Assembly (NCBI GenBank): GCA_951406725.2
Contig: OX597827.1
Span: 75,578,001 to 75,642,000 of the forward strand
From: Octopus vulgaris
Taxonomy: Eukaryota
Direction of reading: 5' to 3'
Length of the DNA: 64,000 nucleotides
In this document: in pieces, positions 52,818-64,000 of the stretch
Layout: each line of letters begins with the position of its first letter
Position numbering within the stretch: position 1 is the first letter of the stretch
Position numbers and translations under genes: made by a program
The notes under the pieces: generated by a model
The model's input: the letters and a program-made list of their open reading frames with translations, nothing else
What the model was told of the DNA's origin: nothing
The model's database searches: none

Positions 52818-53501
52818 ATGGCTGACACACAAGAAGTTTTCAATGGGAACAAAATTCAACGAAGTTACAAACAACTTGTGGACGGCATCGATGAAGTAGT
52901 TATAGGGTCAATACTTGATTACTTCTTTGCAAGTTCAATCTTCATTCCGGAGGAAGTGCATACTGTTGAAGCAGAGCCAATTATAGAAAGAAAAAATCGA
53001 TGTTTTCTCAATTTCCTTCTTGAGAAAATGAAACATGAGGACAGAAGTAATATTTCTAGGATATTTGATGAATTTTTGAAGTGTCTGAGAGAAAGCGAAT
53101 TAGATTCTTTGGCCACACTCGTGGAAGAAACTGACAATTCACCGTTGGTAGACCTAGAAGTGGATGCCATTATTGATAGTACTAAAGATTTAGATCTAGA
53201 CGAGAAAATGCTTGCTCGTGTCTTAATGCATGTGGCTAGTGGTTGGGAAGCTGTAATTATCGAATTAGGTCTTGATTTTGTGAAAATTACTGACGCTAAG
53301 GAAACTGATAATGAGTTCATACAGAAGTTCAAAGTATTTAATACCTGGAGACAAGCAGACGGTCTCTTGCCTGGTGCAGTAGTAAAACTTTTGACAGCGC
53401 TCAGAGAATTTCCAGAGATTGTAAACTGGAGCAAAATGAAGAACACTATTGCCATAGTTCACCGAGAAATGGAAGCTGGTTCAAGTACGAGTCCTTCTTA
53501 G
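52818..53501 (+). CDS. CARD + death domain adaptor protein C (227 aa), divergent paralog
   Basis: Start placed by homology (MADTQEVFNGNKIQRSYKQLVDGI). CARD ..FDEFLKCLRESELDSLATLVE and DD LDEKMLARVLMHVASGWEAVIIELGL..QKFKVFNTWRQ..VVKLLTAL. In-frame upstream ATGs at 52638 and 52764 cannot be excluded. Confidence 0.82.
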   Translation: MADTQEVFNGNKIQRSYKQLVDGIDEVVIGSILDYFFASSIFIPEEVHTVEAEPIIERKNRCFLNFLLEKMKHEDRSNISRIFDEFLKCLRESELDSLATLVEETDNSPLVDLEVDAIIDSTKDLDLDEKMLARVLMHVASGWEAVIIELGLDFVKITDAKETDNEFIQKFKVFNTWRQADGLLPGAVVKLLTALREFPEIVNWSKMKNTIAIVHREMEAGSSTSPS

Positions 53502-55049
53502 AAATCTAATGCAAAATTCCGATGGTCTTGTGCTTATATCACCTTGCAGAAACTCTTGATAATTGAGAAATTTTCTTCACGTCGCTTCATCATTATATAT
53601 TTTGATCGTCTTTGATTTCCTTCCGTTCTTAAGCCTGTATGAGGCTTAATCCCTAAATTTGTTTCATTGAAATTTTCGATTAGCTTTGATATTATTCCAC
53701 ACAGAATCGTGGGTGGGACACAATGAATAATATTTACTGCGTATTTGATTTTGAGAAAAAATATTTATTTTTATACAAAAACCATATCAGCCGAGAAATG
53801 ACTTTCTTTAAGGCATTAAAAACACGATAACATTCAGAACACTATTCTCCAGAATTACATTTGATAAAAGACTCATACACATCAATGTCCATCCTTAGAT
53901 ATCAGAAATACCACAAATATTTAAGATTTTTAGGTCAAACGAATGAGAAGTTATTGAAATTAACTGTTACTCATTTTGCCCCACTCGTGTTTTATTTCAA
54001 AAAAAATTTTTTGAAAATTGAAAGTGATCAAATTAGATATGGGGAATTGACTCAGAATCCAACCGCGAAAAGAATATTGATTGATAAACACCAAAAATTA
54101 ACAAGATATTTTATTAACGACCTCAATTACAATCACGTCAAATTTGAGGAGAAAAGTTTTGGAAAGAAAATTACTTGTCACCTGATTATGTTTTCAAATT
54201 CTCTTAAATTTCAGCAACACCAATAATGCTAACGAAGCTTCACTCCCGAAGATGAAGCAAGATGACAAAATAATGATGGAGTACTCGAAATGTAATGATT
54301 TAAAACAGGCAGGGAAAAAAATAACAAGAAATCAGAAATTATTCACTATGCCCTGCCCCCTATCTGCATAATAAGTGTGTATTTTGTTTGTATTTTATTT
54401 ATCATAACTACTGATAATTTCTTACTTTTTAATGCTGTCTATTATTGATTAACTATTAAACCTGTCATCTACAATTTAATTTTAATTCATAGTCCTTTCC
54501 TGAACGATGATTTTCAATAAGCTGTGGTACTTTTGATGTGAACCTGTTGGGAGTCCTTGATCAATTTTTTTTTTTCTTTACTTAAATAATAATAGTTCTG
54601 ATATTGTTTTATCATTAGTACATCAAATAAAATACCTTGTGGTATTTATTTCAGCTTTTTGCATTTGTCATCATCATCATCATTTAACAGCCATCTTCCA
54701 TGCTTGCATGGATAACCCCCATCCTGAGATCAACTTTCTTCTTTCAAACGTCAATAATGCACCAATTTCTCTTCCTGTCTAAACAATAGGAAAAGACTCA
54801 TTTCTGTACAGTAAATATATTATTTTTGTTAATTTATGCCTACATGTGTTGTTTTTATTCAAATCAAATTTGATCTCCTATGTCCGACATAATTCTTAAC
54901 TTGGTTTTTTTCTTCAAAGTTTCTTGCATGCAACCAACAACCATAGTGCTTTTAGACAAGGGCAGAAGTTCAACACTCTTGTGAAAAATGCTTTCTAGAT
55001 TATCTGTTTGTGTTGAGTGTGGAATCGGTAAACAATGGTTTCAAACTTC

Positions 55050-55960
55050 AGCAACAGCAACAATGGTGACCAAGTTTTACTTGCAAAGATGATGCAACAT
55101 TACGAAATTGTCTATGTTGAGCGTGGAATCTGTAAAAAATGGTTTCATTTGTGTATTCTATAGTATATGCACTGTATGATGCAGTAATTTTCCAGTTTCT
55201 GAATTATGGAGCCTACCACAAAATATCATCCTTTGATGTGAACTGTGTTCCATTATCAGACAATGTCTGGGATGCTAAATCACGCAAAAAGTTCATCCAG
55301 AAATTCCATTGTTGCTTTGGAGGTTGACTTCCTACATTTACATATTTCCAGCCATTTCATTTAACTACCCACAACTATTAGATAATACCCTCCATTTAAC
55401 AGTCCTGCAAAGTCTATGTGTAATCTGGACCAAGGTATGTCTGTCTTGGGCCAAGGCTGAATTTTTGTTGGTGGTGCTTTTGCTGCCAGGGCACAACCCC
55501 TGCAGGCTTTCACCAATTTTTCAATATCCTGATCCATATTCAAACAGTAGACGTAGCTCGTCATCAGTGTTTCCATCCTCAAGATTCCTGGATGTCCCAT
55601 GTGGAATTCTTTTAGCATATGATTTTGCAAACAAACAGGTATTACAATCCTCTGAGCATACATAAGTACATTATCACCTATCGAATACTATTTCGAAACT
55701 GTTACACTCAGTTATGTGAATTTTTGTATTTGTTTCTGACTTCACTATTTTTTGCATTTTTATTCTGAACACATCCTTCTCCGCTTTTTATTTTTCATTT
55801 CCTCTAAAGTAACAGGTAGTTTGCGAACTACTATTACTACTATTACTGTGTCCTCTAATGGTTCACTGTATTTAGGTATCATTCTTGACAGCCCATCTGT
55901 ATGTCCCAGTTTTTTCGATGGTAGAAATTCCATCTTAAGTCATAATTTAGCAGGATCATC
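55050..55960 (-). mobile_element. Gypsy integrase fragment
   Basis: RIVIP..LKEFHMGHPG..M..YVY..MDQDIEKLVKACRGC..WPKTDIPWSRLHIDFAG, i.e. the H2C2 zinc finger plus the start of the catalytic core. Confidence 0.85.
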
Positions 55961-57337
55961 CCCACCCCCCAGTGCTGCAATCGGTTGGTTGTATATGTGA
56001 GGCTACTCTTTTTCTAAATCAGTAACAAACTTATATCTCTTCTCAACTTCCACGACTGCCTTCACAAATGCAAATGCATACACCACTCTGTATCTCACAC
56101 TGTCAGTATGCATGCACCTTTATTAAGTTTAGGACAGTTCACTTGCTATCCCACAGGGGTGTCAGTTGTTTACCACAACAATAGGATTCTCTGCTTCCCC
56201 ACAAAAACAGGCTAAGGACTATGCCACTGTTGCAAATTAGTATTTACGACTGAACTTTTATATTTGCTGTCATCAGTTAGTGAATAGGGAACATAGTGAC
56301 TATGTCCCTTTACAAAGCCTCACAAAAAGGGTGGAGAAATGTTTCCTTTCACCAAAGATTTGATTGAAATACTTGCAACAGAGAGGACTCTATTAAAGCC
56401 TCGCTATGCTGCAATGATCAGAATAAGTCTTCCACCCAAGGAGGAGGAAACTGCAAGATTTGAACTGAGAACGCAAAGGCTGAAACAAATACTCAAGGCA
56501 TCCTGTCCAGTGCTCTAAAGATTTCTCCAGTTCACAGCCCTTGACCAGCACCCTATTGACCCTGGATGGATGAAAGACAAAGTTTGACCTCAGAAGGTAA
56601 AGAGCTGGAATGAATATCACAACTACTTCACTCCCCTGCTGCCTGTCACGTAATTACTCAGTTAAGAACAAGAATTGTGATTGTCTCCCTTGTAATTTGC
56701 AATTTCATCCAACTCGTACGAAATGTCGATGACTTTATATCAAAAAGAAACATAACTTCTTGCATTCCTGCAACGTTCCATGACAAAATACTTATTAACT
56801 TCTTCACCCTCCACATAATTGTCGCCATTGAAAGGTATGAAACACAATCAAGTGTACATTTCATCTTCTCTTGTATCTAAAACAGCATAGAAATTGAAAA
56901 GTTCCTCTATTTTCAGTCCTTTTTTTATAATGATAACAATCTTTTAGCAGGATTGTTGTTGTTTAAACTTTGGTCAGCCATGAAGTTCACTGCTGGAAGA
57001 CCTTTGATCAAAGGTCTTCCAGCAGTGACCATCCCATTTTTATGACCCAATATGTCTTTGTTAGCCATTTAGCTGCAAAATTGAATTTCATGTTCATTCG
57101 ACTAAAGAATTGGTATTTATGCCTCAATAAAGCTGACAAACCCTGGCAAGAAATAGTTTCTAACATGACATACCTTAACGATATATTGATTGGTTTTTGG
57201 AAAATTGGTTGCTAAATCTAGTAGGTCTAACCACCACTCAAAGGCTCCCATATTGGCTTATCAATAAGCACATTGTAGTATACCTACCTTCTTAAATGTT
57301 TATTTAAGAAGGTAGGCATACTACTGCTTATTTAGTA

Positions 57338-57712
57338 AGGCAGCAAGCTGGCAGAATCGTTAGCACTCCAGGCAAAATGCTTAGCTGTATTTCGTCTGCC
57401 GTTAGGTTCTGAGTTCAAATTCCGCCGAGGTCGACTTTGCCTTTCATTCTTTTGGGGTCGATTAAATAAGTACCAGTTACGCACTGGGGTCGATATAATC
57501 GACTTAATCCGTCTGTTTGTCCTCTCTGTGTTTAGCCCCTTGTGGGTAGTAAAGAAATAGGTATTTCGTCTGTCTTTATTTTCTGAGTTCAAGGAAACTT
57601 TGCCTTTCATCCTTTCGAGGTTGATAAATTAAGTCCCAGTTGCGTACTACGGTTGATCTAACCAACTGGCCCTCTCCCCCAAAATTTCAGGCCTTGTGCC
57701 TACAGTAGAAAA
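57338..57712 (+). mobile_element. SINE family B (duplicated body)
   Basis: aaggcagcaagctggcagaatcgttagc head. Confidence 0.8.
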
Positions 57713-57789
57713 GAATATCAGTTTATTTAGTGACTAAAACCATATTTCCTTTATGATCTAGAAAATACAAAATTTTTACCTACATTTTA

Positions 57790-58024
57790 TATATTTCTTT
57801 ACTACCCACAAGGGGCGAAACACAGAGGGGACAAACAAGGACAGACGAAGCGATTAAGTCGATTCCATCGACCCCCAGTGCGTGACTGGTACTTAATTTA
57901 TCAACCCCAAAAGGATGAAAGGCAAAGTCGACCTCGGCGGAATTTGAACTCAGAACGTAACGGCAGACAAAATACCACAAAGCATTTCGCCCGGCGTGCT
58001 AACATTTCTGCCAGCTCGCCACCT
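57790..58024 (-). mobile_element. SINE family B with TSD
   Basis: Flanked by ttttacctacattttata at about 57774-57791 and 58024-58041. Confidence 0.8.
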
Positions 58025-58990
58025 TTTACCTACATTTTATAGTTGTTGTTTAACCCTGGGCAACCCTGGCTGAAAAAACCTATGATCAAAGGCATTGAAG
58101 CCATGACCACCCTATTCTTTTATCAGATGTTATATATTTAGTATTACCCCATCTAATGTGAACCTTTTTTTTTGAAGGTAGAAGACTGATTTAAAGGAGA
58201 GTTTGCTGATGTTTTTAGCATATCAATCAATCACACTTTGGTTGCTACGTATAGTTTGAATATGGGATATTTTGCAAGAAATTATATTCTCACTTTACAA
58301 TGAAATAATTTTGATGTTATAAGCCCAAGAGAGAATACATTCAGATCCTACAACCAAAGAGTCGGGATTTCCATCAAACTGAATCTCATCTATTATTGTA
58401 ACATTAAAAACAGACATTTTCCTTCAATAATCAAGTTTCTCTCTCAGACTCTCACCCCTCCCCTGTCTCACTCACTCCCTTCCTCTCCGCCCCTCCCTTT
58501 CTGTCTCTCATGATTTTCTGTATTTTTTTCCTTCGTTCTTATATTTCTTTTTCCATGCTAGCATGAGTAAGGGTTAGCCGTAATATTATCAAGGCATTCA
58601 TAACTGCCAAATGGCCTTTTTGTCACTAACCCTTACCCATTTTTTTTTTTTTGTAAGGCATCTCTTATTCCACACATCTTTGAAGGCACAAAGACAACAG
58701 GTGATTTGTTGAACACTCGTAGTTCAGCAATTTTCAAAGAAGCAAAAATGTAAACAAATACACGCATGCACACACACACACACACAGATAAATAAAATCC
58801 AGGCAGTCATCTTTGTAACACTTCATTCAAGAACCTACCTAGCTTACTATTCAAATTGTGGTTTAAAGGTTATGTTTTGTAAAGGTTAATTGCTTATACT
58901 TCGGTGAGGTACTACAGGTATCCCAGATTTGTATATCAAATATATATATATATATATATAGATAGATAGATATATATATAGATAGATAGA

Positions 58991-59149
58991 TATAATCAAA
59001 ATAAGCAACATGGATATCCAAAGGTTGTGTAGTACAATTGTTTCATGCTACTTGATTTAATTAAACAATGTAGGTTTAATTAAGTGAAGTAGCATGAAAC
59101 GATTGTACTACACAACCTTTGGATATCCTTGTTGCTTATTTTGATTATA
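58991..59149. repeat. Inverted repeat, about 75-bp arms
   Basis: tataatcaaaataagcaac..ttcatgctactt / aagtagcatgaa..gttgcttattttgattata. Confidence 0.9.
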
Positions 59150-59260
59150 ATCACCCCATTTGATTTATATGGATAATACCATACCAAATTCTGGTACCTT
59201 TAACTTAAGTACCATATTCATCTGAATCTAAATTTTTGCTGAACATACATACACACACAC

Positions 59261-59304
<44 letters not shown>

Positions 59305-59736
59305 CGGTTATCAGTTGTCCATAAGTCAGAAATGAAAATTCAGTCCAATATAAGTAATCAAGTGGATAATATATTTTTTATCATCAGACAATATATCACA
59401 ACTTATCCTATGGTTGGGACAGTATTATGTCACATGAAATATTAAAGCTACACTATATTGTTACCGCTGTAGGTATGCTGGCTTGAAACACATAACCTAG
59501 ACACTACTGAACACACATATACAAGTTATATGTTGTTTGGGAATAAAAACATATGTTATCATATCATCGTCATCATATGTGCATTTTCCATGTTGGCTTG
59601 GGCTGGATGGAGTGAGCAACTATTTTGGGGGCACTGTTTGCCTAAATGGGTTAGAAAACCTCATCTCACTTGTACTTTTTATTTGGCTTGGTATCTACAG
59701 CTAGATACCATACTTAAAACTAAGCACTTTACAGAC

Positions 59737-59768
<32 letters not shown>

Positions 59769-59865
59769 GATGTGTGTATATATATATATATATATATACA
59801 GACTGTGTGTGTGTAAATATATATATATATATACAGACTGTGTGTGTATGTATATATATATATAT

Positions 59866-59935
<70 letters not shown>

Positions 59936-61146
59936 ATCCAAACAAGAAAACACAAAAAAAACACAACAACACGAGGATGTGGAACAAATATAGTATTATT
60001 GGACGTTCAGGAAAGGAGGGTTTAACGTTTCGAGCGGAGCTCTTCGTCGGAAACATAGGAGAAGGGAAGACAGAGGAAAAAAAAATTAACAACGGTACAC
60101 ACGAGGTCACATTTATACACATACACACACATATGTATATACAAATATATATATCTATTATATAAAATCCATTCTGTCTGTCTGTGTGTCTTCTAGGATC
60201 TCGGGCATCCTCCATCTAATTGCGCTCAAATTTGATATGCAGATACCCATGGTATCAGGGTGTGCATAAGTCTTGAAAAAATTACAAAAATCGATTCCAG
60301 GTGAGAATGCAATCGATAAAGCCGTGGGAACGTGCATTTGTACAGGCAAGTACATCAGCTGTTGCGATCGATACTACACGTATGCATGAAAATGCACAGT
60401 CTCTCAAATTTAGGTTGAATCATCATCATCGTTTAATGTCCGCTTTGCATACTAGCATGGGTTGGATGATTTGACTGAGGACTGGCGAACCAGGCTCCAA
60501 TCTTGATCTGGCAGAGTTTCTACAGCTGGATTCCCTTCCTAACACCAACCACTCCGAGAGTGTAGTGGGTGCTTTTACATGCCACTGGCACGATGGCCAG
60601 TCAGGCAGTACTGGCAACGGCCATGCTCAAATGGTGTTTTTTATGTGCCACCTGCACAGGAGCCGGTCCAACAGCACTGGCAACGACCTCGCTCGAATGT
60701 TTTTTCACATGCCACTGGCACAAGTGCCAGTAAGGCGACACTGTTAACAATCACGTTCGAATGGTGCATTTATGGTTTTGGCATTTATAAGCAGCCATCT
60801 TTTCCTTTTTCTGGTGAGGATGTAGTCAATTTGACTAGTGTGTCTGCCAGAGCAGTAGGTGACTGGCAGGTTTTCTGAAGTTAGTATTGCAGACCGTAAG
60901 ATCATTTGCATCACACATATATGTGTGTGTGTGTGTATGTATGTATGTATGCATGTGCAATTATTTAGAAGCAAGGCTGGAAATATTTTCTGATGCAGAC
61001 CAAAATTCATAAACTCTATCATGTATTATATTCGTTTTATTTATTTTTTTCACTAACATAACTAAATCTCTGCATCACAGAGTGATATATTCTGGGTATT
61101 AACTGGTATATAAAAACAATCTGACTTCAAGACCATGTGTGATTGT

Positions 61147-61524
61147 TGAGGAAGCATTCCGTCGGTTACGACGACGAGGGTTCCGGTTGATCCGATCAAC
61201 GGAACAGCCTGCTTGTGAAATTAACGTGCAAGTGGCTGAGCACTCCACAGACACGTGTACCCTTAACGTAGTTCTCGGGGATATTCAGCGTGACACAGAG
61301 AGTGACAAGGCCGACCCTTTGAAATACAGGTACAACAGAAACAGGAAGTAAGAGAAAGTTGTGGTGAAAGAGTACAGCAGGGATCACCACCATCCCCTGC
61401 CGGAACCTCGTGGAGCTTTAGGTGTTTTCGCTCAATAAACACTCACAATGCCCGGTCTGGGAATCGAAACCGCAATCCTACGACCGCGAGTCCGCTGCCC
61501 TAACCACCGGGCCATTACGCCTCC
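61147..61524 (-). mobile_element. tRNA-derived SINE with 56-bp direct flanking repeat
   Basis: Head gaggcgtaatggcccggtggttagggcagcgg; 61091-61146 equals 61525-61580 with one mismatch. Confidence 0.85.
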
Positions 61525-63711
61525 TCTGGGTATTAACTGGTATATAAAAACAATCTGACTTCAAGACCATGTGTGGTTGTAGCCACATAACAAGCTAATG
61601 AGAGCCAACTTGGACGCTCTCGAGAATATACCTCAAAAATTGCTTAAGATCAAATTATATTTGAAAAATCCTCTTCAACTTGCATTTAAAGCAAAGTCTT
61701 TGATCAGATCCTCCCTATGACATGAAGAATACTTCGAAATTATAATTCTGTTCATACAAACCACTACAAATATTATTTTAGCTGAAAGTGATTTATTTCG
61801 TGTTGTTAACCATTTGCCATTCCTCTGGTGCCTCCAACCAATTCCCTTGATGCCTTAACCCTTTAATGTTCAGATTATTCTATCAAATATAATGCTTATT
61901 GATTCACATTGATTTGAATTAATCATGCATTGTCTCATATCTTCAAGATTTTGATGGTGTAATTACTTAATGTAGAATAACATTGTAGGGTAGGTGTGAG
62001 GGCCTGGATCTGGTCAGTTTGAACATAAAACAGATTAAATATTTTAGCCGGATATGGCCGGTTTAAATACTAAAGGGTTAAGCATGTGCTTATTTTTGTT
62101 AATGGTTAATCCAGCACTGAAGACTACATACAAAATAAAAAAAAAAAACAGGTCAACTGACGAATCGGCACGAAAAAAATTCACCAACTCACTCCAGCCT
62201 CTGACCCACACATACATGCTCCATTCTGCCTTTTTTACTGCTACTTTTGTGGAATGGGCTACAGGTGTGATCAGGAGAGTTTGAATGTATGATAGTATGT
62301 GTGGTGTGTGTTGTGTGCAGGGAATGGTAGTGAGATTGAAGAGTTTTAACTAATAATAGAAAACAAAAACAGCCCTCAACTAGATTGAGGTGGCGAGACT
62401 TAGTATATCAGTAGTCCTTGATCTGTTTTACCAACAAATTACAATCAATTCACCTGATAAACCTAAGGTAGTTCACACAAGGATCTCATCAAATCAGTCC
62501 TTCAGGTCATGTGAAAACAAAGATGAAAATTCTTTCTCTTGGAGAAGTTTTGTACATGCCTCCACCACACCACCCTATGCCTCCGCTCACTGTCTCACGC
62601 TGGTTCTAAACAAACCACCTGAATATTCATTTCCCTTTCCTGGGACACACTCACACAATTTAGCTTCTACATTTTACCAGCTGAATAACAACAGTGAAGC
62701 TCCCTCATGGAGTGTTTGTATTTATCCTGGCTCATTGAACTGGGTAGGATCAAATGACCAGTTCAGACTCAGTTAAGTACTTTAAGGAGACATGAACCAT
62801 AATTCTTCATGAGCTAGAGGTCCAATAATGTATCTACCCTCTCACCATATCAAAACATAGTTGTGGTTGTTGTTATTGCTGATGTTGCAGCTACTGTTGT
62901 TGTTGATCCCCATCTCAATTCTGACACAGCATCTGATCAAATGGAGTCTAGTTATGCTTTAACCCATCTTTATTTTATTCATAATCTATCTGGGGCTGCA
63001 TTATCTAATATTAGTGTAGTTGCTACAGTTTAGGGAAATACTTCCACCCGTCCATCCACCCCGCCCCCCATTTTCTCCAAATTTCTTCTTTTTTTTTCCA
63101 AAAATCCCCGTTTTCGGATACGGAGGTTTGGGAAAATTGCCAAAAATCGGCATTGTGAAAATTTACATCACCCCCTTTCCCCTGCAACTTCTTCAATTTT
63201 GGCTTTTTTCCGCAACACTAACCCTAAAACCCTAACTGAAAGTACAGAAATGTTTTGAAATTTTTGTCCGAATCTTGATGTCCGTATTTTTTCGCACAAT
63301 TAAAAAAGAAAAAAAATTCTTAATAAAAAAATTTTACAAAGATTTTGGGAAATTTTTTTCAGAATCATAATCTCCGTATTTTTCCGCATATTTTAAGTAA
63401 AGAAAAAATTCTGAAAAAAAGTTTAAAATGAAGGAAGTGGGGGTGGGAGGTGGAAATTTAGAAATGTCGGTTTTTGCCAATTTTTTGGCAGATTCGTATT
63501 CCCCGTAGCCGAAAAAAATTTTTTTAAAGGGTGGTTGGAGGGGCAGACGGAAGTCTTGCCCAGTTTAGTTTATAATTACGAGCTACATTATTCAATAAAT
63601 CTTTCCTTTTTCTAAGACAGTTAAACGTAATTTGAAAGAGATTTGATTATCTCTCAGTAAAAGAAGCTTCTCTCGCTAATTATGTAAAGATAGATACTTT
63701 ATAACTCAATG

Positions 63712-64000
63712 TACCTTGGGCAAGCGTCTTCTACTATAGCATCGGGCCGACCAAAGCCTTGTGAGTGGATTTGGTAGACGGAAACTGGAAGAAGCCCGTC
63801 GTATATATGTATATATATATATATGCGTGTGTGTGTGTGTTTGTCCCCCTTGTATTGCTTGACAACCGATGCTGGTGTGTTTATGTCCCCGTTACTTAGC
63901 GGTTCGGCAAAAGAGACCGATAGAATAAGTACTGGGCTTACAAAAGAATAAGTCCCGGGGTCGAGTTGCTCGATTAAAGGCGGTGCTCCAGCATGGCCGC
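63712..64000 (+). mobile_element. SINE family A, 5'-truncated, runs off the window
   Basis: Matches 22345-22620. Confidence 0.85.

Overview
AT-rich, repeat-saturated eukaryotic DNA. The tRNA-derived SINE families and (TA/TACA)n expansions look like an octopod cephalopod genome (inference). The only convincing host genes form a small cluster of intronless death-fold genes. Three are intact CARD+death-domain (RAIDD/CRADD-architecture) ORFs: 21228-21923 (-), 51200-51856 (-) and 52818-53501 (+). One is a CARD-only ORF at 6496-6843 (-) whose 3' flank still carries pieces of a deleted death domain. There are also at least two dead copies (4223-4393; 28100-28219, cut by an LTR element) and orphan flank fragments. 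The two closest paralogs have about 97-98% identical non-coding flanks but about 88% (CARD) and about 60% (DD) amino-acid identity by hand count. This points to strong diversifying selection or domain swapping in a birth-and-death immune/cell-death adaptor family. The rest is transposon debris (Gypsy LTR, Penelope-like, CR1/L2-group and R4/Dong-like LINEs, Tigger/pogo, hAT, MITEs, Helitron-like elements, SINEs), microsatellites and local segmental duplications. All identities are manual counts; no database searches were run.
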